A DNA stretch of 64,000 nucleotides from an uncultured Candidatus Actinomarina sp. (GCA_902555985.1 CACDUI010000003.1:12432-76431), one strand, 5' to 3'. Positions 1 through 10,111 are shown, counted from the stretch's first letter. Made by a program: numbers and translations. The notes: generated by a model not told the origin, from the sequence alone.

Positions 1-1
1 A

Positions 2-676
2 ATTATGGATGGAAATGGAAGATGGGCATTAAACCAAGATTTACCACGTACAGCTGGCCATGCAGCAGGGGAACATTCCCTTTCCAGGTCAATAGATTGG
101 GCTATTGAGAATAAATTAGAGTGGTTGACAGTGTATGCTTTTTCAACAGAAAACTGGCTTAGATCAGATGAAGAAGTAGAATTTCTAATGTTTTTCAACA
201 GAGATATTTTGATTAGAAGAAGAGAAGAGTTTAATCAAAAAGGAGTGAAATTTAAATTTTTAGGAGATTTAACTGATTCACAAATACCAGAAGAAAACAA
301 AGAACTTATGAAAGAAACTGAAGAGATAACTCAAAATAATAAAACTTTAAATCTTGTTTTTGCTTTTAATTATGGATCTCATAATGAAATTCATAAAGCT
401 GTCTTAGATCTACATAATGAAAACATATCTAAAAATCTTGAACTTAATGACATAGAAAATAAATTTTATGGTTTTTTTCAATATCCAGACATGCCTTTTC
501 CAGATGCTTTACTTAGGACTGCTGGGGAGAAAAGAATTAGTAATTTTTTGCTATATCAACTTTCATATTCAGAACTTATTTTTATAGATACTTTATGGCC
601 AGATGTAAATGGAGACATATTAGACGATGTGTTACTAGAATTTAACACAAGGAATAGAACATATGGAAGAAACTAA
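2..676 (+). CDS. uppS: Undecaprenyl (isoprenyl) diphosphate synthase, 5' truncated at the window edge
   Basis: The frame opens at position 2 inside the conserved IMDGNGRWA motif. The C-terminal RTAGEKRISNFLLYQLSYSELIF matches the UppS signature RTSGExRISNFLLWQ. The N-terminus lies outside the window. Confidence 0.85.
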   Translation: MMDGNGRWALNQDLPRTAGHAAGEHSLSRSIDWAIENKLEWLTVYAFSTENWLRSDEEVEFLMFFNRDILIRRREEFNQKGVKFKFLGDLTDSQIPEENKELMKETEEITQNNKTLNLVFAFNYGSHNEIHKAVLDLHNENISKNLELNDIENKFYGFFQYPDMPFPDALLRTAGEKRISNFLLYQLSYSELIFIDTLWPDVNGDILDDVLLEFNTRNRTYGRN

Positions 677-1958
677 CAAAGAGTTATTTGAAAAAGTAGT
701 AAAGATTGCACAAGCAAGGGGCTTTGTTTTCAATGCTTCTTCTATCTATGGTGGGTTACGAAGTTCTTATGATTATGGTCCTCTTGGAGTGTTGCTTAAA
801 AATAATATTTCGAATTATTGGTGGAAAGATATTAATCAGGATAACGAAATATCAGTTTTTCCTGTTGACACAGCTATAATTCAAAGTTCTGAAGTATGGA
901 AGGCATCTGGCCATTTAGCTGAATTCTCAGACCCAATGGTTGATCACAAACCTACTGGTGAAAGATATAGAGCTGATCAAGTACCTAAAGAATTGGATAA
1001 AAAAGATTTAACTGAGCCACGACAATTCAATTTAATGTTTGAAACAAGCATTGGTCCTGTTCAAAATGATAACTCAAATGTTTATTTAAGACCAGAAACC
1101 GCACAGGGCATTTTTGTTAACTTTGAGAATGTTTTAAGGACAATGAGAGCAAAGATTCCTTTTGGTATTGCAAACATTGGAAAATCTTTTAGAAATGAAA
1201 TAACACCTGGGCAATTTATTTTTAGAACTAGAGAATTTGAACAGATGGAGATTGAATTCTTTTGCAAAGAAGAAGATGAGAATAAATGGTTTGATTTTTG
1301 GGTGAACAAGAGAATGGATTGGTATAAATCTATTGGAATTCCAGAGTCTAACTTAAGGCTTAGAGAGCATAGTGATGATGAATTGGCTCATTATGCCTCA
1401 AAAACGGTTGATATTGAGTTTCTGTATCCATGGGGATGGGGTGAGCTTGAGGGCATAGCAAATAGAGGAACATTTGATTTATCTTCTCATGAAAAAGCAA
1501 GTGGGAAAGATTTGTCTTATTTTGATCCTGAAACAAATGAAAAAATAATTCCAACCGTTATAGAGCCAGCAGGAGGATTAACTAGGACACTTTTTGCATT
1601 ACTTTGTTCAAGTTATGATGAGGATGAAGTAAACGATACAACCAGAACTCTATTTCGCTTTGAATTTGATATTGCTCCAATACAAATTGGAATTTTACCA
1701 TTAAGTAAAAAAGATGAATTAATTGAAGTTTCAAATAATATCAAAAATTTATTACAAGAAAGATATAGAACTGAAATTGACGTAACTCAATCAATAGGAA
1801 AAAGGTACAGAAGACAAGACGAAATAGGTACACCATATTGTATTACAGTTGACTTTGAGACTCTAGACGACAAATCTGTGACAATAAGAAACAGAGACTC
1901 AATGGAACAGGAGAGAGTTGCTATTACAGATCTTCTTGATTTTTTCAGTGATATCTAA
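663..1958 (+). CDS. glyQS: Glycine--tRNA ligase, homodimeric alpha2 type (class II)
   Basis: 431 aa. The N-terminal region is typical of alpha2 GlyRS, and class II motif 2 is present (FRNEITPGQFIFRTREFEQMEIEFF). The gene sits between uppS and dnaG, as in actinobacteria. Confidence 0.85.
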   Translation: MEETNKELFEKVVKIAQARGFVFNASSIYGGLRSSYDYGPLGVLLKNNISNYWWKDINQDNEISVFPVDTAIIQSSEVWKASGHLAEFSDPMVDHKPTGERYRADQVPKELDKKDLTEPRQFNLMFETSIGPVQNDNSNVYLRPETAQGIFVNFENVLRTMRAKIPFGIANIGKSFRNEITPGQFIFRTREFEQMEIEFFCKEEDENKWFDFWVNKRMDWYKSIGIPESNLRLREHSDDELAHYASKTVDIEFLYPWGWGELEGIANRGTFDLSSHEKASGKDLSYFDPETNEKIIPTVIEPAGGLTRTLFALLCSSYDEDEVNDTTRTLFRFEFDIAPIQIGILPLSKKDELIEVSNNIKNLLQERYRTEIDVTQSIGKRYRRQDEIGTPYCITVDFETLDDKSVTIRNRDSMEQERVAITDLLDFFSDI

Positions 1959-3583
1959 TGGGAATAGCTAGACAGTCTATAGAAGATCTCAAGAAAAGGT
2001 CAAAAATTAGTGACTTTATTCTTTCAACAACATCAGGCAAGTTAAGAGGTACAAAAGGCATGGCCCTGTGTCCATTTCACGGAGAAAAAACTGCGAGTAT
2101 GAGTTTTACAGATGTTGAAAATCTTTTTCACTGTTTTGGATGTAAGGAGGGTGGGGACATTTTCAAATATGTCCAAGAAATAAATAATTTAGAGTTTCAA
2201 GATGCAATAGAGTTTGTAGCAGAAAAATATGGATTCAAATTAACTTATACACAAAGTAATGAAAATAATGACTTTAAAGTGTATCAAGAAAAGATAGATT
2301 TAATCAGTAACTATTTTTTAGAAACAATGGAATCTGATAAATCTAAAGATGCAAAAGTGTACTTAAAAAGTAGAAAATATGACAACAGTGACATAAAGAA
2401 ATATGCCATCTCCTTTGTTAGTAAAGATGAAGAGAGCTTTAATAAATTTTGTAAATTGAATGATATTACTAAAGATGATCTCAAGAGACTTGGGTTCATC
2501 AGTAGCAATGGCAACATGCTTTTTAAAAATAGAATAATGTTTCCAATTCTAAGTTTTAGAAATGATATTATTGCTTTTGGTGGAAGATCCATAGATGACT
2601 TTGGACCTAAGTATTTAAATTCTTCAGATTCAGTACTTTATAAAAAAAATAGGAATCTCTACTTTACCAATGATTTCATAAGTGCAACGAAAAAGAAGGG
2701 ATATGCAATTCTAGTTGAAGGTTATTTTGACGTTTTATCTTTAAATAAGTTAGGTTACGCAAATGCAGCATCCCCATCTGGTACTGCATTAACACATCAG
2801 CAATTAGAATCTGTCTCACGGTATACAAATAAAATACTTATTTGTTTTGACAACGATGAAGCAGGATTAAAAGCAACAGAAAGAGTTTTAGATATTAAAA
2901 ACCAAGTTTCAAAACAGCTTGAAATCCATTGTTTAAATCTTCCATCTGACTACAAAGATATATCGGAAGTTTATGAATTAAAACCAGACACTTTTAATGA
3001 AATATTGAAAAAAAATGATGAAATTGTTGAATATTTATTAACTAAATTTCTAAAAGAAGATTCTAATAAAAAAAATGTTTTCAATTATTTTCGTAAAATC
3101 ACAAACAAATTGAGTCCTCTAGAAGTAGATATTGCATTAGATTTGCTATCTAATAAGCTAAGCACTGAAAAAGAAATTCTTAAAAGAGAGCTTAACTTTC
3201 AAACAGAGAATGACGTTGTACAAGTGAATGAAACTTCTATAGATTCTGTTTCCATTTTTCAAGATATCGTAACTTCAAATATTGTTAAGAATAATTTTGA
3301 AATATTAGAGGAAGAAAAAGAAATTCTGTCATTAAATAATGAGTATGCAAACCTAATAAATTCTCTAAAAAAAGACAAAAATCAAAGCAAAGAGTATCTG
3401 AATGTATCTTTTTTACAAGATCAATATGAAGAGGCTATTGTACGACTGTTCCTTCATTTTGCAAATATAGAAATTGAAAATTTAATAAATAAATTTGAAC
3501 AAGAAGAGAGCAAAGATTTTTCACTATTGCAACAGGTTGAAGACTTAAAAAAGAAAAAAGAAATTTATCAGAATACTATTTGA
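1958..3583 (+). CDS. dnaG: DNA primase
   Basis: 541 aa. Zinc-binding CPFHGEKTASMSF...FHCFGCKEGGD and the TOPRIM motifs EGYFDVLSL and CFDNDEAG are present. The start overlaps the glyQS stop (TAATG). Confidence 0.85.
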   Translation: MGIARQSIEDLKKRSKISDFILSTTSGKLRGTKGMALCPFHGEKTASMSFTDVENLFHCFGCKEGGDIFKYVQEINNLEFQDAIEFVAEKYGFKLTYTQSNENNDFKVYQEKIDLISNYFLETMESDKSKDAKVYLKSRKYDNSDIKKYAISFVSKDEESFNKFCKLNDITKDDLKRLGFISSNGNMLFKNRIMFPILSFRNDIIAFGGRSIDDFGPKYLNSSDSVLYKKNRNLYFTNDFISATKKKGYAILVEGYFDVLSLNKLGYANAASPSGTALTHQQLESVSRYTNKILICFDNDEAGLKATERVLDIKNQVSKQLEIHCLNLPSDYKDISEVYELKPDTFNEILKKNDEIVEYLLTKFLKEDSNKKNVFNYFRKITNKLSPLEVDIALDLLSNKLSTEKEILKRELNFQTENDVVQVNETSIDSVSIFQDIVTSNIVKNNFEILEEEKEILSLNNEYANLINSLKKDKNQSKEYLNVSFLQDQYEEAIVRLFLHFANIEIENLINKFEQEESKDFSLLQQVEDLKKKKEIYQNTI

Positions 3584-3606
3584 TTCCTAGTAATATTAAT
3601 TTGCTA

Positions 3607-3682
3607 TCCGAGGTAGCTCAATTGGCAGAGCAGCGGACTGTTAATCCGTTGGTTGTGGGTTCAAGTCCCACCCTCGGAGCCA
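3607..3682 (+). tRNA. tRNA-Asn (anticodon GTT), CCA encoded
   Basis: Manual fold: acceptor tccgagg/cctcgga, D arm gctc-aattggc-agagc, anticodon stem gcgga/tccgt with loop ctGTTaa, T arm gtggg-ttcaagt-cccac, then g-CCA. Confidence 0.85.
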
Positions 3683-3724
3683 TACAATAAATTTGTCACT
3701 ATAATTAGAGTGAATGGAGGAATA

Positions 3725-4012
3725 ATGGATTTAGTAGCAATAGTAAAAGAAAGAGCTGAAGGAAAAGACCTAAGTGTTTTGGGAGGATCAGTGAAGTTTG
3801 TCGTTGATGAAAATGTAGTTCTGATAGATGGAAATAGTGGTGAAATATCATCAGATGATAATGAAGCTACATGCACAATCTCAACAGATGCTGATACCAT
3901 GCAATCAATAATGGATGGTTCTTCAAGTCCACAAGCTGCTTTCATGACTGGTAAATTAAAAGTTGCTGGAGATATGAGCATTGCACTTAAAGTTCAATCT
4001 GTAATATCTTAA
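3725..4012 (+). CDS. SCP2 (sterol carrier protein-2-like) domain protein
   Basis: About 95 aa with a C-terminal AFMTGKLKVAGDMSIALKV-type SCP2 motif. GGAGG lies 7 nt upstream of the ATG at 3725. The ORF-track start at 3653 would overlap tRNA-Asn, so it was rejected. Confidence 0.65.
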   Translation: MDLVAIVKERAEGKDLSVLGGSVKFVVDENVVLIDGNSGEISSDDNEATCTISTDADTMQSIMDGSSSPQAAFMTGKLKVAGDMSIALKVQSVIS

Positions 4013-4020
4013 AATAATTA

Positions 4021-4094
4021 GGGCCTGTAGCTCAGTTGGTTAGAGCAACGGACTCATAATCCGTCGGTCGCAGGTTCGAGTCCTGCCGGGCCCA
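4021..4094 (+). tRNA. tRNA with CAT anticodon (elongator Met, or tRNA-Ile2 read via lysidine)
   Basis: Manual fold: acceptor gggcctg/cgggccc (one GU pair), D arm tagctcagttggttagagc, anticodon stem acgga/tccgt with loop ctCATaa, T arm cgcaggttcgagtcctgc. There is no initiator-type C1:A72 mismatch or GGG/CCC anticodon stem. CCA is not encoded. Confidence 0.85.
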
Positions 4095-4096
4095 CA

Positions 4097-6076
4097 ATGA
4101 GTGAAAATGCAAAATTGATAAAAATGAATTCACGAATTATAGGAACAATTTTTGCATTGACTCTTTTAATACCCCCAAATATAGGAATAGATTTTTTTGG
4201 AATCAGCTTTGAAGACATACCATTAATATTTGTTTTCTTTTATTTACTTACTAAAAAAATTAGAAAATATGAAATTAAAAAATTTGATAGAGCCTATTTA
4301 TTTTTTATTATTTTCTTTGTTTTATATACAAGTTTTTTAGTTGACGAGGTAAAAATATTTAATCAAACAAATCTTAGGTTCTATTTTTACTTTAGTCTTG
4401 TATATTTATGTATCGATTTTCTTAACAAAAATAATGATAAAATAATAGAATTTTTTGAACCAATTTCAATTGTGATGATTGCAAATTTTCTTTTAATTCT
4501 CTTTCAAATACCTCTCCCAGGAACTATAGATGGTTGGATTTCAAACAATACCGTCAGTATGAACATATTTGCTTCTGGTAGGTTAGGAGGTATTCAAGGT
4601 GGCGGTCCAAATGTAATTGGAATTTTCTGCGCAATATATTCAGTTATTTGCTTGTTTAAAATATTAAATGATAAGGATTCTAAAAAATATTTTATTGAAA
4701 ACAAAACAAATACCTTCTTGCTTATAATCTCATTGATAAATTTACTTTTTACATTTTCAAGAGGATCTTTTCTTGCCTTAGTTGTTGGTATGTTTTCTTT
4801 ATTGATTTTTACTGAAAAATACAGTAGAAGTTTTAAATATAAGATAGTAATAATCTCAACTTTATTTGGAGTCATAGCAATATATATTTTCCCATCTATA
4901 TTTTTAAAAGAATCAAATCGAAGTTTTTTAAATAGCTTGGGATTACAAAATGCTGAAATATTCATTGGTGTTGGGGGTGGGAATTATATTAAAAGTGTTT
5001 ATAAAGATTACTTAATTACTTTAGAAGATGATGTTTTAATTGAACAATTTAATATTTCATATTCAGAAAGAGAAAATGTGTTAGAAAGTGTTAATAATGA
5101 AAAATCGTTACCTGCTCCTGTTGAGGGATATCTTAAATTAAAATTTGATTATCAAGATAATTTTTTACCAAGGTCAACTATATCTTTTCATTATTCCGAT
5201 GATGGAGTCAGTTGGAAGCAGCTTGGGTCAAATCACACAAACGGTGTAATAATAGATCTAATTGAGAATGATTCTTATTTTGAAGTTGGTGGATGGGGAG
5301 ATGGACAATCACCTGGAGGTCAGTATTTAAGTGGTTTTTTGAATAAAGTAATTATTCAGACAGATGAGTATAATCGTGAATTTACATTTTCAAAAGGAAA
5401 TAGAGATGAAGATTATTACCTTCTTACTCCTGAGTTTAGAAATGAATATGAAAATAACGTTGAATTTAAAAATAATTCAATTCGTCTAGATCGCCCAAGA
5501 GACTACTGGGTTGCATTACCTAACGAAGTAAACTTATCTGGTAAAGATTTTGAAATTTTAATAGATTTAAATCTTGATTCTATACCAAAAGGCCACGAGA
5601 CTCTCTTTAGTCAAAGTTCTATATTGAGATTAAATGAAGAATTTAATGATCAATCATGGAAGTGGTCAATTATTGATGGTCGGATGTACTTTTTCTGGAT
5701 TGAAGAAGTTATATCGGGATATTCAAATTTTGTTGGTGGCCAGAGTTTAAGATCTGGAAAGCTTATTTCAAATAATGGAAAATTTGACTCTATCATTTCA
5801 AACTTTTCACTTTCTCAATATGATGAAATTACAACCTCACATAATGGATTTCTTACTATGGCTGTAGAGTATGGTTCATTTCTAATATTATTAATTTTAA
5901 TTTTTGTAGTTTTTTTAATTATGAGAAATTTTAATAAATCAAATAAACTAGAAATTTCATTAATTCTTATGTTTTTGGTTCAAAACACTACAAATGATCT
6001 TGTTTATGCGCCTGATGTAGCAATATATTTTTGGATTGTCCCTTTTTATTTTTTATCCAGTGTTTTTAAAGATTAG
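4097..6076 (+). CDS. O-antigen ligase / Wzy_C-family polytopic membrane protein with a large (about 330 aa) extracytoplasmic insert, possibly lectin/LamG-like
   Basis: 659 aa. The N-terminal half is multi-TM with an FSRGSFLALVVGM-type Wzy_C motif. The central region is hydrophilic and beta-rich (WKWSIIDGRMYFFWI) and is followed by C-terminal TM helices. The gene starts 3 nt after tRNA-Met; an alternative start is M10 at 4124. Confidence 0.5.
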   Translation: MSENAKLIKMNSRIIGTIFALTLLIPPNIGIDFFGISFEDIPLIFVFFYLLTKKIRKYEIKKFDRAYLFFIIFFVLYTSFLVDEVKIFNQTNLRFYFYFSLVYLCIDFLNKNNDKIIEFFEPISIVMIANFLLILFQIPLPGTIDGWISNNTVSMNIFASGRLGGIQGGGPNVIGIFCAIYSVICLFKILNDKDSKKYFIENKTNTFLLIISLINLLFTFSRGSFLALVVGMFSLLIFTEKYSRSFKYKIVIISTLFGVIAIYIFPSIFLKESNRSFLNSLGLQNAEIFIGVGGGNYIKSVYKDYLITLEDDVLIEQFNISYSERENVLESVNNEKSLPAPVEGYLKLKFDYQDNFLPRSTISFHYSDDGVSWKQLGSNHTNGVIIDLIENDSYFEVGGWGDGQSPGGQYLSGFLNKVIIQTDEYNREFTFSKGNRDEDYYLLTPEFRNEYENNVEFKNNSIRLDRPRDYWVALPNEVNLSGKDFEILIDLNLDSIPKGHETLFSQSSILRLNEEFNDQSWKWSIIDGRMYFFWIEEVISGYSNFVGGQSLRSGKLISNNGKFDSIISNFSLSQYDEITTSHNGFLTMAVEYGSFLILLILIFVVFLIMRNFNKSNKLEISLILMFLVQNTTNDLVYAPDVAIYFWIVPFYFLSSVFKD

Positions 6077-7209
6077 GAGTTTTTCAATCCCTCAAGTTCT
6101 GCATAATCTGTAAAATTTTCAGTTATGATTAAAACTTGTCTACCATCATCTAATTCGTAAGGTTTAACTGGAATTGACAATTTATTAATATCCGATAAAT
6201 TAGATTCTCTAAAATTCCACAATATATTGACAGCATTATTTAAGGATAAATTTTCGTCAATAACAAATGCATCCTCTAAAGTATTTATCAAAGTAGTTAG
6301 TTCACCCAATGATCTAAAATTTTTAATTTCTTCCAAAAGTTGTAAAATTATATATTGCTGCCTATCGTTTCTTGACAAATCACTAACACCCTCCATTTTT
6401 TCCCATTCAGAAATATCGTTTCCATTTTTATCAATAACTTTTTCCCCAACAAGAACTTCTGTGTTTCTAGATACAACCCAATTAAGTGCAGTCAATCCCT
6501 TAACAGTTTGACATCCTTTTTGTAATTCAAAGGAAAAACCTTCTCGCTGAGTTTTTTCAACGCAGATTTCAATACCACCAAAAGAATCAATTATTTTCTC
6601 AAATCCCTCAAAATTAAAACTAGCAAAATGATTAACAGTTAAGCCAGTAAGTATCTGAATATTTGCAGCTAAATTTTCTGCGCTATTACCACAGTCATTT
6701 TTAGAAAATGTGGAGTTGATTCTTGCAATTGATTGAGTACATGAATTTTTAATAAGTAAATCTCTTGGTATTGAAAGAAGATACTGATCTGAGGTCTCCT
6801 CATTGATTATTCCAAGAATTATAACGTCCGCTCGTTGTCCATCAACATAACCTCTGGAAGCTGATGAATTAGTTGTTCTTTTATCTGATCCGATAATTAA
6901 GTATGTAGTGAAGTTTTCTAATGAAGTATTTGCAATTGTAAACTTGATTAATTCTTGTGCTGTATTTTCATCAACGATTTCAATTGATTCTTCTATATCT
7001 TCACTGTTTATTTCTTTAGGATCTTCGACATTATTATTTGTTTGTACAGTTGTGGAAGTAGTTGTAATTCCTTTTGATATATCCTCAATTACATCTGGGT
7101 CAAACTCAGTAGTTTCAAAGCTTGGTATTAAAAAAGAATAAGCCAAGCCTCCTATAGCAAAAATAATTATAAATAATAACAGGTATCTTTTTTGATTATC
7201 CATATTCAA
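6073..7209 (-). CDS. LytR-CpsA-Psr (LCP) family cell-wall glycopolymer phosphotransferase
   Basis: 378 aa with an N-terminal TM anchor. The LCP core (RADVIILGIINEETSDQYLLSIPRDLLIKNSC) resembles the LCP signature RSDTIMLxxxxxxxKxxxLSIPRD. Confidence 0.7.
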   Translation of the reverse strand: MNMDNQKRYLLLFIIIFAIGGLAYSFLIPSFETTEFDPDVIEDISKGITTTSTTVQTNNNVEDPKEINSEDIEESIEIVDENTAQELIKFTIANTSLENFTTYLIIGSDKRTTNSSASRGYVDGQRADVIILGIINEETSDQYLLSIPRDLLIKNSCTQSIARINSTFSKNDCGNSAENLAANIQILTGLTVNHFASFNFEGFEKIIDSFGGIEICVEKTQREGFSFELQKGCQTVKGLTALNWVVSRNTEVLVGEKVIDKNGNDISEWEKMEGVSDLSRNDRQQYIILQLLEEIKNFRSLGELTTLINTLEDAFVIDENLSLNNAVNILWNFRESNLSDINKLSIPVKPYELDDGRQVLIITENFTDYAELEGLKNS

Positions 7210-7243
7210 TCAAATTAAGAGTATAACCATATAATATATAATT

Positions 7244-7966
7244 GTGACAAAAATCAAATGTGTTATTGCTGCTGGAGGTCTTGGTACGAGGCTTCAAGGG
7301 TTTAGGCAAAATGATAAAACAAAAATCTTAATTGAAGTTAATGGTACCCCCATGATAAATCGTCAAATTCATCAGATAGCCAAATGGGGGATAGAAGAAT
7401 TTATTATAATTACGAATCCAGACTTTGATGAAATAATCAGAGAAGTTACAAGTAAAGAATTTCCAGATTTAAATATTAATTACTCTATTCAAGAATCACC
7501 AAAAGGTATTTCACATGCTTTTTCAAAGGCTGAAAAATTTGTCAACAAAGACGATATATTGATACTAGTTTTAGGAGATAATTTTTTTGGTGAGAATCCC
7601 TTGTTAGATGTTGATTTTTCAAAGCTTGAAAAAAATAAAGGTAGCATCATTTTTACTAAAGATGTAGACAATCCGAATGAGTTTGGAGTTGCAGAAGTAG
7701 ATAAAAATGGAAAAGTATTAGATATTCAAGAAAAACCTAATAATCCAAAAAGTAATCTTGCAGTTGTAGGTATATATATTTTTGACCATCTGGCTATAGA
7801 TAATATTAACCTTTTGAAACCTTCAAAAAGAGGTGAGTATGAAATAACAGATTTGATAAATATTTATATTAATCAAGATAAATGTTCAAATATTGAACTT
7901 TCTAGTTGGTGGATTGATGCTGGAACGCCCGAAAGGATACTAGACCTTGAAACTAGATTACTTTAA
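7244..7966 (+). CDS. Sugar-phosphate nucleotidyltransferase (RmlA/GlmU-like NTP_transferase)
   Basis: 240 aa with a GTG start. The N-terminal VIAAGGLGTRLQ fits the GxGTRL nucleotide-binding loop of sugar-1-phosphate nucleotidyltransferases. Confidence 0.65.
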   Translation: MTKIKCVIAAGGLGTRLQGFRQNDKTKILIEVNGTPMINRQIHQIAKWGIEEFIIITNPDFDEIIREVTSKEFPDLNINYSIQESPKGISHAFSKAEKFVNKDDILILVLGDNFFGENPLLDVDFSKLEKNKGSIIFTKDVDNPNEFGVAEVDKNGKVLDIQEKPNNPKSNLAVVGIYIFDHLAIDNINLLKPSKRGEYEITDLINIYINQDKCSNIELSSWWIDAGTPERILDLETRLL

Positions 7967-8989
7967 AATATCAAGTTTTTTAATATAGTTAAATAGAAAT
8001 AGAAACTGCACTAGATAAGCCATAAGAGCAATCATTGAAAAAACATTATTTAAAAAAACATATCCTAAAATTATAAAAAAATTGAAAATACTGTAAATTT
8101 TGAATATTAACAAAACTTTTTTTTCAGAAAAGCCTGTCGCAAGAAGTCTATGAGAGATATGATCAGTTCCGCCAGTAGTAGGTGAAACGCCTCTTTTATA
8201 CCTTCCTTCCAAGATAATTAAGAAATCTAATAAAGGGATAGTAAAAAATAATATTAATGGACTTAATGTATAGCTAAGAGTATATTGTTGACCACTGTTC
8301 CATGTAAATAAAATACTAAGAAACCCTAAACAAAAACCTATAAATAAACTTCCTGAATCACCCAGGTATAATTTTGCAGGTGGGAAATTAAATATAAAGA
8401 ATCCCAATAATACAAAAAGTAAAACTACAGATATATCTGTCAACTTATTTTGATTTAGAACATAAGTAAGGATTATTGATTGGTAACAAATACTTCCAGT
8501 AACAACCACAGCAAGACCATCCATATTATCTATAAAATTAATCGCATTAATTAATAAGACTATCCATAGAATTGATCCAAAATAATTTATTAAATTGTTA
8601 AAGTCAAAATTTAATAGTGATTCTATATTTAAGAATATATCTAAATTAATGATTGGAACAGCTACAAACAAAAATTGAAAGAAAAGTTTAGTTTTCCATT
8701 TTAAATTAAAAAAATCATCTACAGCACCTACAACAGAAAGCATTAATGCAAAGAAACCAATTAAAGCAAAATTATAATTAGCATCACCTAAGAAACTAAC
8801 ACCTATAAAAAAAGCAATAGCAGTCGAAATACCCCCTAAGGGAGGAATATTTTTATCTTTTAATCTTTGTTCATTTTTATCTGATGCTTTTTTAAATTTA
8901 AATGATTTTGTTATATGCAAAATACCCCAATTTAGTATTCCAGATAGAATAAAAGTTAAAATTGCTGTGTAATAAATATTTAGCTGCAT
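7958..8989 (-). CDS. Polyprenyl-phosphate N-acetylhexosamine-1-phosphate transferase (WecA/TagO/MraY family)
   Basis: 343 aa polytopic membrane protein. The motifs VGAVDDFFNLKWK and NAINFIDNMDGLAV match WecA/MraY family signatures. Confidence 0.7.
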   Translation of the reverse strand: MQLNIYYTAILTFILSGILNWGILHITKSFKFKKASDKNEQRLKDKNIPPLGGISTAIAFFIGVSFLGDANYNFALIGFFALMLSVVGAVDDFFNLKWKTKLFFQFLFVAVPIINLDIFLNIESLLNFDFNNLINYFGSILWIVLLINAINFIDNMDGLAVVVTGSICYQSIILTYVLNQNKLTDISVVLLFVLLGFFIFNFPPAKLYLGDSGSLFIGFCLGFLSILFTWNSGQQYTLSYTLSPLILFFTIPLLDFLIILEGRYKRGVSPTTGGTDHISHRLLATGFSEKKVLLIFKIYSIFNFFIILGYVFLNNVFSMIALMAYLVQFLFLFNYIKKLDILK

Positions 8990-10069
8990 CTAATCTTCAC
9001 TCTTTTCGTTATAAATTTTTGCAAATTGTGATGCAATATATAGTGTTGAGTAGTGTTTTGAAATTTCTTTTCTATTTTGACTACTAATTGATATTTTTTC
9101 ATTCAAAAATTCATTAATCTTATTTTCTAAATATTTTATATCTTTTGAGTTTAACAAAATTGTATTTTCAAAATTATTAATATATTCAGTACCGTTGTTT
9201 TCATATGCTACAACAAATAAGCCAACATACATTGCTTCAAGTAATACTCTAGAAAATCCTTCATGGTCAGAAAGAGATAATAACAAGTCATAATTATGTA
9301 TCTCTTTTTGTAAGTCTATGTATCCTAGGTAATTTAAAGATGAGATTTTCTTTAAATCTTCTAGTTCTTTTTGTGTAAGGGAGTTTGGATTACCTTTATC
9401 AAGATCACCTGCTAAATAGAAAGTTACATTTTGTGAACTGAAGTTATTTGATAGTTTAATATATTCATCAATTCCCTTGTCTTTAAGCAATCTTCCAGCC
9501 ATAATTATTTTCTTATTTTCATTAAAATTATTTTTCAATAAGTAGTCATAAGTATTAATTCCAGAACTTTCAATTAGATATGAGTTGTTTTTGTAATGGG
9601 AATATTTATTAAACGATAATTTGTCTTTTGAATTTTGATAAATTATATTTTTATAAGTCTTGTTAATTAATGTTATAAAAACTGGTTGGAGTATTATTTT
9701 AAATATTTTTGCTGATATATTTTTACTAAAAAAATAACCCAAACCAGTAATAGATAAAGTAGATTTAAAGTTTTTGTTTAAAAACAAATTAGAGATCATA
9801 AATAAAAAGCCTGTTTTTAATGTAAAAATATGAAAAATACTTCCATCATCGATATTTTTAAGTATTTTTCTTAAACTTAACACTGCGAAGAAATCAAAAT
9901 ATTTCTCTCTAGCTATCTTCCAGTTTAAAGATTCTGCATAATGCTTTTTAAGTTCATTCTCATTAGCAACTGGGCATATAGATCTGAATCTATAATTACT
10001 CAATTCATTTACTATTTGGCTTCTTGATTGGATTAATATTCTATCCCAATGAGCAACATAATTTATCAT
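8990..10069 (-). CDS. Glycosyltransferase family 1 (GT4-type, GT-B fold)
   Basis: 359 aa with the C-terminal motif EGFSRVLLEAMYVGLFVVAYENNG (EX7E-like retaining GT-B motif). Confidence 0.65.
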   Translation of the reverse strand: MINYVAHWDRILIQSRSQIVNELSNYRFRSICPVANENELKKHYAESLNWKIAREKYFDFFAVLSLRKILKNIDDGSIFHIFTLKTGFLFMISNLFLNKNFKSTLSITGLGYFFSKNISAKIFKIILQPVFITLINKTYKNIIYQNSKDKLSFNKYSHYKNNSYLIESSGINTYDYLLKNNFNENKKIIMAGRLLKDKGIDEYIKLSNNFSSQNVTFYLAGDLDKGNPNSLTQKELEDLKKISSLNYLGYIDLQKEIHNYDLLLSLSDHEGFSRVLLEAMYVGLFVVAYENNGTEYINNFENTILLNSKDIKYLENKINEFLNEKISISSQNRKEISKHYSTLYIASQFAKIYNEKSED

Positions 10070-10111
10070 TACTAATTATATTAAATCTATTAATTGTTAA
10101 CATGACATAAT

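Noticed and set aside
1082-1554. Antisense ORFs of 60-123 aa inside larger genes (for example 1082-1309, 1360-1554, 2311-2592, 4594-4965, 6227-6511, 48252-48455, 55285-55690, 60163-60402, 60985-61353)
   Set aside because: Each is fully embedded opposite a well-supported, motif-bearing gene. In AT-rich DNA such antisense frames arise by chance, and none carries a recognisable domain.
3653-3724. N-terminal extension of the SCP2 ORF (MWVQVPPSEPYNKFVTIIRVNGGI)
   Set aside because: The extension overlaps the 3' half of tRNA-Asn. A downstream ATG at 3725 is preceded by GGAGG and gives a normal-length SCP2 protein.
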